This document shows positions 1 to 14,515 of a DNA stretch of 64,000 nucleotides, piece after piece. The notes beneath the pieces are model-generated. The model saw nothing but the letters and a program-made list of their open reading frames with translations. It was not told the origin of the DNA and did no database searches. Location of the stretch: assembly GCA_951406725.2 (NCBI GenBank), contig OX597819.1, positions 64,914,001 through 64,978,000 on the forward strand. The letters run 5' to 3'. The first letter of the stretch is position 1, and each line of letters begins with the position of its first letter. A program made the translations under genes and the position numbers. The stretch comes from Octopus vulgaris (Eukaryota).

Positions 1-1051
1 CAGCTCGCCGCCTTACATAAGCTCTATTATTGTTGCTTCTGCTCCATCGGTTACATTGGATTATTGTACTTAAGGAAAAAGAAATTTGTTATTCTGCCAT
101 CCTTTTCGAAGGCGCGTGACCCTTGTAGCTAGGGTGTTGCATTCACGTTCGCATTTTTGTGAGTTCGATTCCCGGACAGGGCGTCATGTTTATCTCCGAT
201 CACTCCGACATTTGACGTTGGACAGATCGGGCACCTGCGCAGGTAAGTTGGAAGAAGTGAGATAAACAGAAGCAGAAACAGTTAGTCACTCTAAGCGAAT
301 TTTCTGTGCAGTTGTTCAGCAAACGATTGCAGAAATATACGTGTTGATCATTTCCTTAAGTATAGATTTATATCTATCCTTTACTTAACTCATTAGACTG
401 CATCCACGAGAGGCAACTGGCTAAAGTTTAATAGAGCAAAACAACTATAGTTTACACTTTTAAGTCTGTATATATTAAATTGAGCTCTTTTGTTGAACCG
501 CTATCGCATTGAAAATGAGAAAAAGCAATTGCGATTGTCAAACGATAGCGGAGGACAAACACCAGCAGAGACACAGACACGAGCGTACCCCTCACCCCCT
601 CCACATAAATTAGCATATATAGTTGAGTATTACTATCAACGTTATGTATAACAGTGTTTGTTATTTTTTTGTGTCCCCAAAGCCTTTGTGAATTTGTTTT
701 GTTTACTGCAACTGTCTTTTTGCGAAACTGTGCTTATGTCTCTCTCGGTTGTCAATCATTGTGTAACTATTAATGTTGATTGTGTTACGTTCTACAATAT
801 CAATTGTGTTGGTCTTTAACAGGAATGGTGTGTGCAGGGGAGAAGTAGTCATAAGTGAACACGTGTAGGCGTCTTAAGTAGGGGGGGGGGGGGCAGTGTT
901 TCGTACCATTGTTCGAGTAGTAAACCAGCTATCGATCTACTTAGATAATGCATACAGACGTAGTTACATGCACACATACACACAGACACGTATATATGTA
1001 CTTATGTATTTATATGTATATATATATACATAGAAACCTAGATAAATACTT

Positions 1052-1087
<36 letters not shown>

Positions 1088-1287
1088 GTATATATATATA
1101 TGTTTGTGTGTGTTTATATACACATGTATATATATGATTCCTAACACTACATTTTAAAGGATCCAGTACCTTCTATTTGCCCTATTATAAATTTCTATAT
1201 ATACAAGCTGTTATGCAATATTTTATCTATCTATATCTCTGTCTACCTATTCATCAATCCATACGTGTATACACACACACATATACA

Positions 1288-1376
<89 letters not shown>

Positions 1377-1404
1377 ATAAGTTTGAAAAGGAACATACTA
1401 GTTG

Positions 1405-1808
1405 ATATAAATGGAAAATGTCAAGGGAGGAAATGCTAAAATAATATAACGAAAAACATTTTAGTAACGGTTTCGGTCACTGAGACATTTTCAACTCTAA
1501 GTGTTGAAAACAATTAAATTTGTGAAAAATTAAATGAAAAGTTCCTGTCTGTCTCTATCTCTCTTGTTTACTCGTGTGGGTTCATGGTGGTACCAACAAG
1601 ACTAAACAAGAGAGACAGAAACAAGAAAAATGCCCATTGTATTTGAATACTATGCAAATATTATTTTTAAAATCTTTGCATTAATTTTTTCCCAAATTTA
1701 ATTCTTTTCCGTACTTAGAATAGAAAAAAGTCTCAATGGCCGAAGCTGGTAGTAAGATGTTTTTCATAAAATTATTTTAGCAATCTCTACTATGACTTTT
1801 TCCATATA
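1405..1808. mobile_element. Fold-back element with a decayed hammerhead-like core in each arm
   Basis: About 1405-1540 is inverted relative to about 1675-1808. Minus strand at 1461-1500 reads TTGAAAA T GTC TCAGT GACC GAA ACCGTT A CTAA. Confidence 0.5.
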
Positions 1809-1825
1809 TATATATATATACATAT

Positions 1826-2057
1826 ATAAACTTAGATAAACTTAGATATGTTTCGACCAAAGATTGATCCAGGCCATGTCTAACTTAATAGCACCACCTG
1901 ATAGGATTATTCGAATCCTGTTTAAGTCAAGTTTTGTTTAAGTTAAGTTTTATTCAAGTAGTGAGTTCTTGTTGGGTGAGTTGTATCCAATTATGGGTGG
2001 CTTATCTGGTATTCTTTGAAGGAATCTATCCAGACTCTGTTTAAAGTTGATGGGATA
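1826..2057 (-). mobile_element. 3' fragment of the same LINE family
   Basis: Reverse complement closely matches about 35772-36030, including the tail repeat; also abuts (TA)n. Confidence 0.9.
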
Positions 2058-2071
2058 TATAAATAAATATA

Positions 2072-2328
2072 AGGGCGCGGGCCTCTAACCCTAAGATTCC
2101 GAGTTCAGTTTCAGGCAGTGCCTTCGAGGATGATGGAAGCATCAACAAAAAATACCTTAGGAACGTGCACCCAAAGCCGGGATCGAAATTTCACCAGAAT
2201 CTATGATGAAGGCTGAGAATAAATCAACCGAAACTTTGTGGTAACAACAAAGAAAATGAGGATACATCTGTCCAATGCAAATATTGTAAATAATGTACAG
2301 AACTCCTCATCTCTAAACTATAGAACAG
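2072..2328 (+). mobile_element. tRNA-head SINE-like element with a hammerhead-bearing tail
   Basis: tRNA-like head GGCGCGGGCCTCTAACCCTAAGATTCCGAGTTCAGTTTC, then ATGATGAAGGCTGAGAATAAATCAACCGAAAC and the tail shared with 6990-7160 and 63740-63873. Confidence 0.6.
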
Positions 2329-2423
<95 letters not shown>

Positions 2424-2554
2424 CTCTCTATCTATATACATACATATATATATATATATATATACATATATATATACATATAATTATAAATATATATGTA
2501 TATATTTACACTAGCACACACGCAAACATACACAGGCTCACCATCTGTATATTT

Positions 2555-2602
<48 letters not shown>

Positions 2603-3845
2603 GGATTAAATTTAAATTTAATTGCAATTCGAATTGGAGTTATAGCCACCAAACGTACGTAGTCTTTTTACTTATTATTTAATGTTTATCCATTTTTGTA
2701 CTTTTTTGTGATCTTGATATATGTTTTATAATATATTTTATTTTTTCTATATGGTTTATGTCTATCATTGTTTGAATTCCATAATATTGGTTTTTCTCTA
2801 ATTAATATATATATTATATTTCATATATATAAACGCAGTCACACTCATGCACTACATGAGGTATAATATATACACATATTGACAGACAATATACGCAAAT
2901 GCACACAGATGCCCTTGAACCCTAAACATAGCATTGCGAATGACTGACACCACCAGCTGACGATGCTCAGAACAACCTTTGCATATGCAAATACGTTTAT
3001 TTATATGTAAATACAAAACACGCGCTGAATTAAATGAGATATATGAGTTACAAAAGTGAAATAAAAAGATATGAGAACTTTGGTTCACTGTGTGACATTG
3101 TAAATGGATATGTGGGGATTCCACCCAGGATAAATCTGAACGAGGTAAAACGAGATAAGGAAAAATATACAGCACTTGATAATGACAGAAAACTACATAT
3201 GGTATATTTTGAATCTGCAACAGGGTCGAATGTTTCCACGAGTCATCACAGGAAATTTGGCTTGAATTAAGTTAGCTTAAGGCTCATTCTGAATACAAGA
3301 GTGTGAAAAAGTGTAGCTACATTGGTTTTAAATTCCATCTGTTTCGTGGGAAGGGTAAGTCGATTACATCGACCCCAGTATTTATTTGGTACTTATTTCA
3401 TCGACCCCGAAAGGATGAATGGCAAAGTCAACCTGGACGGAATTTGAACACAGAATATAAGCACGGATGAAATACTGCTTAGCATTTCGCCCGACGCGTT
3501 GACGATTCTGCCTGCTCGATGTCTTTTATTGCTATATTGCCACTTTGTGATTAGTTTGAGGCAAACTATATGCTAACTACCTTAATAAGACTCTTAGTGT
3601 CTTGTCGACCATGACAATATACCAATACCAACGTGACCATAAAATTTTACTACTGCAATCTTCTGACGATTCTAATTATAAATAACAAAGATAAAAGTCC
3701 CTACATACACACTCTGCACTAAATGATAGGCATGTCAGCTATTCATAAGACTGCCGTTGAATAGAAGTTCTGAATGGATTACAAGGTGACATATATATAT
3801 ATATGTATGTGTGTGTATGCATATATGTATGTGTGTGTGTATGTA

Positions 3846-3887
<42 letters not shown>

Positions 3888-4480
3888 GTATGTATGTATA
3901 GTGAATTCAAACAAAGAAGAAAAAACATGAAAAAAATACAACACAAAGACGTGGTACATGTACTGTATTATCAGACAGTCAGGAAAGGAAAGAAAGAGGA
4001 TGTATTTTTTCGAGCAAACTCATCTTCAGAAATAGAGGAAAGTCCAAAAGAAGGGATGACGGAAAAAGAAAATCGCTAACGATTCAACGGGGTTACAATT
4101 TGAAATAATCGGACTATATATATATATAATCATATCGAAGGGAAATGGAAAGTAACTGAAATTTTCACTTCCATGGCCTAACGTGTAAAAATTTAGTCCA
4201 AAGACTATGCATTACTCATAAAATACACTGAACATTTAAACACATAAGAAATCCACTCGTGGGATTCAAGACGGTAGAAAGGTTCTATAACCACAAAATT
4301 AGGGATAAAATTCGAGGAATGAAATGAAAAAAAATAAAATAAAAAAATAAAAGGTTTTTTTTTTTCATTTTGTTCCTGTCTAATTTTATCCCTAATTTTG
4401 TGATTATAGAATCTAGCTGTTCTTTCTAGCGTGTTGAATTCCACGAGTGTATTCCTTATGTGTTTAAATGTACACTGTAT

Positions 4481-4515
<35 letters not shown>

Positions 4516-6087
4516 ATGTGTGTGTGTGTGAGAGTGTGTGTGTGTGTATGTGTGTGTGTGTGTATGTGTGCCTAGCACTTTGGGTAAGTGTCTGCGTTTA
4601 TAATCTTGTGCTGACCAAAATTTTTGAGTCAATTTGGTGAATAGTATTTATGAAAGCGTGCTCATGTGTTTCAAAGACTTAATAAAATCTCAGCAAACAG
4701 AAAATTTAACAAAAACATAACAAACTGTAAATTCGTTAGTAATTAGACAAAATATACGCTAACTACATCAATTAGACTGTTAGTGCTTTTAGGTTTCAGA
4801 ACCTGTTGATGATCTGATAATGAATCAAAATAAATGTCTCCATAAAATTTCACATGGTAAACCAAAATATATGGTTGCTCCCGACAAAAATCCACTGACG
4901 CAATCTTCGGATCTTTTCAGTTTGAAGGCCAGATTTTCCTAGTTAACTAAACAATTTGAAACTTCGTATACTAGTAAAATGTGTCAAAAGAAAACATAAT
5001 TGTAAACCAAAATGAAAATGGAATTGTAATTTCTAAGTTTAACGTTGTTTAATAATTCGAATTTTAACCAATGGTATTCTTTCTTTCGACCTCATATTAT
5101 TTACTGCCTCTTAAAATATTGTTACTGTGACGTAAACAGCTATTTTGTGACGTAGTTAACGTAAACATGTAAACAGACCTACAGATTCGTTTGTAACGTA
5201 AACATCCGCTCATCGTAAATTCGCTTGGCATCGTACACAGCTCTTTCAGTTCCCTAGAATTATATTTGAAAGAAAATAAAAAGAAAAAGATTCATACGCA
5301 TAAATATCCATCCTTAGACATCAGAAAATGAGTGTTTAAATTATTTTCCATTGTTTGCATTGCTTACACACACACACACACATACATACATACACACATA
5401 CTAAAATTACATCGTTGGAGCAGTAATTTATTTATGTATTGTTTGTTATACAATTTATTTTAAAGCTGAATCCCTATCCTGCCATTAACCCCTTTCTTAT
5501 AAAATAGTTGAAGAATCTGGGGTGTAGGTATTGGGCCAGTATTGGAACTTTTAACTTCTTGCTCTCTATCTTATGATCTCCGAAATTTAAGAATCTTGTG
5601 TTAACTGGGCTCTTATTATTTACTCTGACTCTGCCACCACTTCAATGCAAAGACTATCAATATCAGAATCATCTTCACAACCACCACTACAACCATTACT
5701 ACAACCTCCAATGCCATCACCACAACCATCTTCTGCAACCACAACCCCAAGATGAATACCAGCATCATATTCAATATCACCAATTTCACCACCACTACAC
5801 TCTGCAATGTCTTCAACACTACCATCCATGAGACATCCTAACATAATCAATGCTACTACTACTATCATCATCATTATCATTATCATCCACTGCCGCCGCC
5901 ACCACCACCACCACCTCTACAAAAACACCAACACTATAATTGCTGCCATCATACACATCCACTGTCACCACTACACCACCACTGCCATGATAACCACATC
6001 TACCACCTCCAACACCATTGACACCACTATCTATGAGACATCCTAAGTTAGATACAACTTTCACTTTCTAGTTGCTCTTTGAGTTTA

Positions 6088-6485
6088 TCTAATTTTATAT
6101 AAAAGAGAGGTTGTGTGTCTGTCTCCTACGATTTTGATTCCTAACTACTCCCACATTTTGCGGTGCAGTTTAACCAAAACCGGGTATCTTATAGTCGTGA
6201 TTCATATCGAGCCCTTCTGGGTATTAGCGCGCGTCTACGATGAGTCTACGATTTAAAAAAAATTACCATAATTTTTTTCTATTTTAATGCATTTTTTCGA
6301 TATTATATAAGGGAAGTAACTCTCTAAAAATGTCTACGATGAGTCAACGATTTAAAAAAAAAATTACCATCATTCTTTTCCATTTTTAATGCATTGTTTT
6401 TGCTATTTTTTGGTTATAACTCTCTAAAAATGCTTATATAGTTATTTCCCTTACAAACCCGAGCAACGCCGGGCGATACTGCTAG
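6088..6485 (+). mobile_element. Non-autonomous Helitron-like element
   Basis: A|TC start, subterminal hairpin CCCGAGCAACGCCGGG, end CTAG|T, no TSD. Closely similar to 9677-9977 apart from an internal duplication. Confidence 0.8.
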
Positions 6486-7074
6486 TTATATCTAATCTAT
6501 CTCTCTAAAAGATGCAAAGCAAGTAGCATTAAATGGCGAATGGATGTGAGCAGAATGAGAGTAAGTTCCATTCCAGTTTACAACAATTATAGAATTATTC
6601 TCAAACCATAAATGAAGGGTGGAGAGGAGTGAAGGAGGGATCATGTTTCCTCTGAGAGGTTACAGAAGTAATAAGCACTGAAAAGTGGAGTTTGCGTTAT
6701 TATTTTTGTTTCATAGTTTACAATTATTTCTACAAATTCATGTTGATTTATCTTCAATCATGTTTATAAACGTGACCGCTGTGCCGTCCACTATAAACAT
6801 TGATTAATGTCCTATATTTAAGCGGTAGACAAACACTTCAGCATATTATTTTTTGTAGAGAGTTGCGAAGGATCATTTCTATGAACGGGGTATCTGTACA
6901 ACGGATATGACTACATCATTAATTGTGGAGTCGTTTAAAAACACGATGCAGGATTAAGTCAACATGGAATTTTTTAAACAATCATAAATTGTTCTATATT
7001 TTAGAGATGAGGAATTCTGTACAATATTTACATTTTTTACATTGGACGGATATTTGTCCTCATCTTGTTTGTTG

Positions 7075-7123
7075 CTACCACTAAATTTCGGCTGATTTAC
7101 TCTCCAGCCTTCATCAGGTGTCC
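7075..7123 (-). ncRNA. Hammerhead core of the same family as 63829 and 2204
   Basis: Minus strand GACAC CTGATGA A GGCTG GAGAGTAAAT CAGCC GAAA; the cleavage-site side is mutated. Confidence 0.5.
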
Positions 7124-7583
7124 TGGTAGAATTTTGAATCCAACCGTAGGTTCTAAGGTGCCACGCAGTGTGAATGAACCCGAAACTATGTGGCTGGTAT
7201 GGCCTGTCAGGGAGTCACCATTGCTTTCGCGCCTTTTACGTTCTTAGCAGTGGGAGACGTCTATATTGCTAAGAGTGTGAAACCAATGGTAACGTCCTGA
7301 CTGGTCGTAAACCACAACTACATTAGATATTACTACGATATATCTAAAAAAACATTTACTTGTCTCAGTCATTCGACATATTCTATCGGTTAATTTCGTC
7401 GAACTTCTAAGTTGCGGGGATGGAAAGGAAGTCAACAAGTGGTTGTCTGGGACAAGCACGAAGCTAGCCCCCTCCGGCCCAAAAAACACGTATATACGAC
7501 GGGCTTTTTTCAGTTTCCATCATCCAAATCTATTTGACCTAGTGACCAGGCAGCAAACTTCTTGCCACACAGTCACTCCGACG

Positions 7584-7640
<57 letters not shown>

Positions 7641-8293
7641 GTATATATATACACGTCCCCGTAGCTTAGCGTTTTGGAAAAAGAAACCGATAGAATAAGT
7701 GCTAGGGTTCCAAAGAGTAAGTCCTGGGGTCGATTTCTATAACTAAAAAACCTTCAAACTCTGCTTGTTGTTCTTTCACCTGTCTTCGACGTTTGTTTTC
7801 TGTAAATTTGAACTACACACACACACGCGCGCGCGCACACACACACTCACACACACACACACACACACACGCACACATACACACACACACACATATATAT
7901 ATATAGGTAAAAGATTAATGAGTGCGTGCGTTACATAAATAATATCTTCAGGATTAAAAAAAAGACAACAAACGGAAAATATGACATATCTATATATATA
8001 TAATTAAAAATAAACGTATTGTAAATAAACAAACGAACACATACTAAATGCACAGGCGAACAGAAAACACACAAGGTCACAAATTCTTCATCAGTTATCA
8101 GCAAGAGGAGTCAAACGCAATTTCGGGCATTATCGATAATATTGTTTCTTTCGCTGTTCGCAAAAAAGTTCGTATTCCATATTTTCGTATTTCGTATTTC
8201 CTATTGTTTACCTTCTGTGACGTCCTGTACCCATATATGCATATGTATATACATATATATGTAAGTATATACATACACACATACATACATACA

Positions 8294-8354
<61 letters not shown>

Positions 8355-9622
8355 CATTATCTATAAACATTACAATTGTTTCGACACATTTTTACACTTG
8401 TTCATTGGTGAGATGTTGTGTAATCATTATCACCAATTCAAGGTGTTAAATGCACCTTCTTTGAGTAAGACTTTATACGAGCTTTATATAGCATACCACA
8501 AGGGTTTTACCCGTATATTTACTCGCGTATGTGTGTATATGTATAAAAGCGGAGCAAGAGTACACACGAAGACAGAAAGTGTCGCTGAAGAGTTCACAGA
8601 GGTGTGACGAAAGATTTCCGGATGATAAACATAAATTAGAATAAGAACAGTAATAAATGAGTGAAAAGGGAATTATATAGTGCGCCTGTTTATTTGGCAA
8701 AAAGAGGGAAAAAAATACAACAATATCTGTTTCAACGCACGGTTTCACATCAAGAATCTTGCAGCACACATATATAAAAGGATATATTTACAGAAAACAA
8801 CAAAAGACGAAGACAGGTGCAGGAATAACAAGCAGGTGCATTAGTTTGACTGAATATATATAGAGAATACCAAACGAGTTCCCTATGGATACCGTATTTA
8901 TTACGAGTGGCTTGTAAACGAGTTGTAATAAATACAGTATCCATAGGGAATGAGTTTGGTATTTTATTTATTACACACGAATAAACGACCATAGCTTATT
9001 AACCCAATAACTAAATTCTTCACGTTTACTTGTCTCAGTCATTCGACATATTCTATCGGTTAACTTATGAATGACAAAAGTAGTGACGTCGGGTCATCAC
9101 CATGGATTGACCAATCAGAAGCAGCGCTGTCACCGTGACCTCGGGTCATCACCATGGATTGACCAATCAGAAGCAGCGCTCGCAGTATCTGACATATGTT
9201 AGATGCCAAAAATATCTCAAAGTGTTCTCACTCACATGTGTGTAATAAATATATAAATATATGTGTGTAATAAATATATAAATATATGTGTGTAATAAAT
9301 ATAATAAATATAATAAATATAATAAATATGATAAATAAATATATATATATATAAATTAGAAAAAAACACCTTTTATCAATTCATGATATATACGATTTAT
9401 TTATTATTTTGCACATTACTTAATCATCGGTATATTATTGTTATTTTATATTTAATATTTCTATTATATGTAATTTTCTAGATGGTGTAATTTAATTGTT
9501 CATTTTGAATTGATAAAAGGTGTTTTTTCTAATTTTATATATATATATATTATATTTTGTGAAATTTGATTTAGTATTTCTAAATTGAATATTTCCCTGT
9601 AAGTTATGAATAATATTCCCTC

Positions 9623-9676
<54 letters not shown>

Positions 9677-9679
<3 letters not shown>

Positions 9680-9976
9680 TTATATATAAAAGTGAAGTTG
9701 TGTGTCTGTCTCCTACGATTTAGTTCCTAACTACTCCCTCATTTTGCGGTGCAGTGTAACCAAAAGCGGGTATCTTATAGTCGTGATTCATATCGAGCCC
9801 TTCTGGGTATTAGCGCACGTCTACGATGAGTTTACGATTTAAAAAAAAAAATTACCATCATTTTTTCCGCATTTTTAATGCATTTTCGCTCGGTTTATAT
9901 AAGAGAAGTAACTCTCTAAAAATGCTTATATAGTTATTTCCCTTACAAACCCGAGCAACGCCGGGCGACACTGCTA

Positions 9977-9977
<1 letters not shown>
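9677..9977 (+). mobile_element. Non-autonomous Helitron-like element, second copy, in (TA)n
   Basis: TCTTTATATATAAAAG...CCCGAGCAACGCCGGGCGACACTGCTAG|T, flanked by (TA)n on both sides. Confidence 0.8.
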
Positions 9978-10046
<69 letters not shown>

Positions 10047-11086
10047 TCTTTTATTCTTTTATTTATTACAGTCATTTGACTTTGGCCATGCTGGAGCACT
10101 GCCTTTAGTCGAGCAAATCGACTCTAGGGATTATTCTTTGTAAGCCTAGTCCTTATTCTATCGGTCTGTTTTTGCCACACACACACACACATACATATAC
10201 ACACACACATACATATATACACATACGCACACACACTCACACACGTACACACACACACACACATCTTGTTACTTCTTGGGAGGGTCATTATGCCAATAAC
10301 GATATGGTTACACATCTGACCAACTTCGTAATCGATCGTTTGTTTAACGTGCTGGTTAAACAATCAAAGTTTTATTTCTTCGTGAAAGTCCGTTCGTCGC
10401 TATTTTTCGCGACCTTTTCAATAGCTTGTCCTTTTTCTTCAACGTCTGCCCTGAATTTGGCCGCGAATTAATCTTATGTCTGCGTGCATGCATGCCTTTC
10501 TATGTGTGTGTAGATGTGTGTTTGCTTAAAAGAATAAGGGTGAGAGGAAATGAGATTATGTGCGTGCGTGCTAGTGTGTATGTGTGTGTGTGTGTGCGTA
10601 TGTGTGTGGTTGTGTGTACACTCGTGTGACTACTTGCATGTGTATGTGTACGTGTGTGTTAGTGTGTGTAGCCATCCCTAACTAGGTATGTGTATGTATA
10701 ACTGTGTCTATATACGCACATAGATTTATATGCAAGAGGCGGCGATGTAATCGACTTAATCCGTTTGTCTGTCCTTGTTTGTCCCCTCTATGTTTAGCCC
10801 CTTGTGGGTAGCAAAAGAAATATATATCATGTATATATGTGAATAGAAGCAGGCGTGACTGTGTTGTAAGCCGTTTCGGGTTCAGTCCAGCTGCGTGGCA
10901 CTTTGAGCGGGTGTTTCTACTATAGCCCTGGGTCGACTAAACCCTTGTGAGTAGATTTGGTTGACGGAATCTGAAAAAGCTCGTCATATATATGTGTTTA
11001 TCAATATTTAGCAGAAGCAACAGAGTGACTCGAGGGGCGAGAGTTTCGTTCATTGACACTTGTCAAACTACACACAGACACACACA

Positions 11087-11128
<42 letters not shown>

Positions 11129-11430
11129 CACACACACACACATACATATGCATGAGTGGCTGTGTGGTAAGTAGCCTGCTTACCAACCACATGGTTCTGG
11201 GTTCAGCCCCATTGCGTGACGCCTTGGTCTTCTACAAGAGCCTCAGGCAAACCAAAGCCTTGTGAGTGAATTTCGTAGACGGAAACTGTGTGTGTGTTTG
11301 TGTTTGTCCCCCCCCGATGGTGGCATGTATATACATAATATTATTGTTCTTTCTTGCGAAATATATAGAATTACTTTAAAGAAGTGTTCGGGTCGAAACA
11401 AGTAAAAGAATAAAAGAAAGAAAAGAAAGA

Positions 11431-11463
<33 letters not shown>

Positions 11464-12248
11464 TTTTTACTTTTATATACATATTTATATTTATTGAATA
11501 TCTTTTACTTTTTTATATTTATATATAACTAGCAGAGATACCCGGCGTTGCCCGATTACATTCAATTGGAGAATTAGACTTTTCTGTTATATCTTCTGCG
11601 ATGAACTGGAATATTTATGTTTCGAATTTCATCAAAATTGCAGATGAGGGTTATTTCAATCTTTACACACCCTAAAAAATTGTAATCGTGCCACATGTAT
11701 CCCATAATCCTGATTTTTATGCGCATATTCCAAAATTCCAGTCTTATTTAACTTGTTAAAAAGATTTTGTTCCTGAAAAATGAAGGTCATAGGGCTCTAA
11801 TATGTGAGAGTTAAGGCCCCTGTTGGGGGTGGGCATCTTAATGTCAACCAGAGAACTTGAATTGTTGAAAATCTTTTTAACTTGGGTCTTATATCTATTG
11901 TTTGAATTTCTTTGAAATAGGAAATATATGTTCACTGGAAGACAAAAAGGTTGTACTATATACTGCAGGTTATCTCCATTAAAATTATATTTAGCATTAG
12001 AATTCTTCAAGTTGTATAAAAATGGTTATTGTCGGCATCATTCGAAAGCGAAATAAATTTTGCATAAGGTGTAAAAGATAAAGATAATTTGTATGGTGTT
12101 AGTAACAAAATATTTTGTAAGAAATAGAACTTTTATCGTCTGTCTTAAATATATTTTCGCCAGTGTATATATATCAGGTCATCCCATAAGTTCTGTTTGA
12201 ATTTTGGATAAAGAATACAGGTGTTCAAATGTTATATTTAATTGAAAG

Positions 12249-13162
12249 TTAATCATCAATGTACTTTCCCTAATTATCTATGACTTACCTCCATCTATTT
12301 ACAAGCCTTTTAATCCCATCAACGTAAAACTCTTTTGGTTTGAAAGCGAAGAACTCTGAAATGTCAGTTTCGACCTCCCCCTGGCTTGCGAAAGTTGTAT
12401 CCCCCTACTAATTCTGTAAACTATGAAACAAATTGTATCCTGAAGGAGTAAGGTCGGGAGAATAAGTTGGATGAAGAAATTTTTCCAAACCGACCCCTTC
12501 GATCTTCTGTGATGTGATCTTTGCAGTGTGGGGTTGCGCATTGTCACTAAAGCGGCTCTTTTTTCCTTCAAAGCTTGGTTCAAACGCTCTAATTGCTGAC
12601 AGTAGACTTGAGCATTGATTGTTGCATTAGGTGGTAACAATATAAAGTGAATTACGCCTTTGCAATCGCACCAGATAGAGAGTAGAACCTTTTTCCCATG
12701 AAGTTCCCTTCTCGGTTGTGGTTGAGAATTTTACCTTTTACCAAGCCACTGTTTACGACGTCTAACATTTCGATAGAAAATCCATTTTTCATCACAAGTC
12801 TATCGAAAAAGGGTGAAATGAGTTTGCGAGAATGGAGAGAAGAGCAGATGCCAACTCGGGATTTCCACGTTGTTGAAGATGACGATGAACTGTTGTATGG
12901 TTTGAAGTAAGCTTTATTGCCAATTCTTCAACTGATAATGACGGATTTTCTTCAAGTAATGCCTCAAGGAGCTTGTCAAACTCAACTGGACATCATGTTC
13001 GATATTCATCTTCAATTTTGCAGACGATCTCCTGCAGGTTCTTTCATTCGAGCACTTTGCCATAAACTGAGTGTATGTTTCGAGTCACTTCGGCAGCAGA
13101 GTTACCTTTATTGTACTCATAAAGAATTATATGTACCTTAAATGCTCCTTGGATACTTCCAT
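12249..13162 (-). pseudogene. Mariner (Mos1/Hsmar-like) transposase pseudogene
   Basis: Start MEVSKEHLRYI; segments LPPNATINAQVYCQQLERLNQALKEKR, DNAQPH and HPTYSPDLTPS; frameshifts and stops throughout. Confidence 0.85.
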
Positions 13163-13192
13163 GTTGAAAGTGTTTTAATCAAAGCAATTTTA

Positions 13193-14515
13193 GGGTGTCC
13201 ACGAAGTCTGGGTTTATGGAATAAAATCATAACATAAGAAATAATAATTTTCCTTTTTTACTTTTGTTTAAATTAAATTTAAAAAATACTTTACTTTTCT
13301 AAATTTATTTGTTATTTTTCCTACAGATGATCGAATGATGGCTCTGTCTAAAGAAGAAAGAATCCCAGATCGAATGATGAATCTGTCTAAAGAAGAAAGA
13401 ATCGAGTTAGTATTATTAAGTGGACGAGATGGATGGTCTTATCGCAAAACTGCGGAAGAATTTAATCTTCCACCCCCTTGTAGGCAACCTATTTATTTTA
13501 CTGCCGTCAGGAAATTGATCAAGAAATTTAAAGAAACAGGCAGTGTTTCGGATAAACCCCGTTCCGGGCGACCAAAGACTTCAGATGAAACTAAAGAGGC
13601 TGTCGAGGCTAAAGATTCTGCTAGCTAGCCCCCAAAAATCACTTCGTCGGACATCTACGGTGTTAGGTGTTCCAAAACCAACCATCCACAAAATGCTGGT
13701 TGAGGAAAAGTTTCATCGATACAACCTACAGATATTGCATCACTTAAATGAAGACGATCCTGATAGACGAGTGTAGACGTGCGAATGGTTTTCAGATAAA
13801 TTGGATGAAAATATCAATTTTACGAAAAACTTTGTGTTGTTCAGTGACAAAACTACGTGTTATGTAAATGGTGAGGTCAACAGACAGAATCTTCTATACT
13901 GGTCTCGAGGTAATCCACATTGGATGGATCTATCCAAACAGCAAGACAGCAAAAAGGTGATGGTGTGGTGTGGTTTTTGGAAAGCTCATGTTCTAGGACC
14001 CTTCTTCATTGAACATGTAACGGATGAGACTTATGCAAATATATTGAGAGACAAATTAATATCTTAAATTGAGCGCCTAGGCGAGGGCCTTCCGAATTGG
14101 TTTCAGCAGGATGGGGCCCCTACCCATTTTGCCACAACTGTTAGAGATTGATTTAATTACACTTTTCCTCCTCACTAGATTGAAAGAAGGGGTCATATGG
14201 AATGGTCCCCTCGTTCACCAGACCTTTCTCCCCTTGATTTCTTTTTTTTTTTTTGAAAGAGAAAGTTTACTCAATAAAGATTACAGATTTAAAACACATG
14301 AGAGAACACATTACCAGTCAGTGTGCTTAAATTGATGGCAATGTAGACTTATTTAATCAAGTTCACCTGAATTTTGCAAGGCGCATCAAGTTATGCATTG
14401 AAAATGATGGAAATCACTTTGAAAATATTATTTATTAACATTATAATTAAATAAAATTGTTTTGTTTTAAAAGTATGTGTTAATCCCCATGTACGCAGAC
14501 TTTGTGGACACCGTC
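13193..14515 (+). mobile_element. Tc1/mariner-superfamily DD41D (rosa/Visitor-type) transposon
   Basis: TIRs GGGTGTCCACGAAGTCTG and CAGACTTTGTGGACACC with TA flanks; inserted about 30 bp upstream of the mariner ATG. Confidence 0.85.
13335..14438 (+). pseudogene. DD41D transposase pseudogene
   Basis: N-terminal HTH (KLIKKFKETGSVSDKPRSGRP), LFSDK, KVMVWCG, FQQDGAP...WSPRSPDLSPLDF. I count 41 codons between the second and third Asp (14110-14238). Several stops and frameshifts; about 40 bp at the start are tandemly duplicated. Confidence 0.85.

Noticed and set aside
5598-6064. His/Gln/Thr-rich ORFs that resemble cephalopod His-rich structural proteins
   Set aside because: Degenerate (CAC/CAT/ACC)n sequence open in several frames on both strands; part recurs inverted at 19290-19480 as a repeat module.
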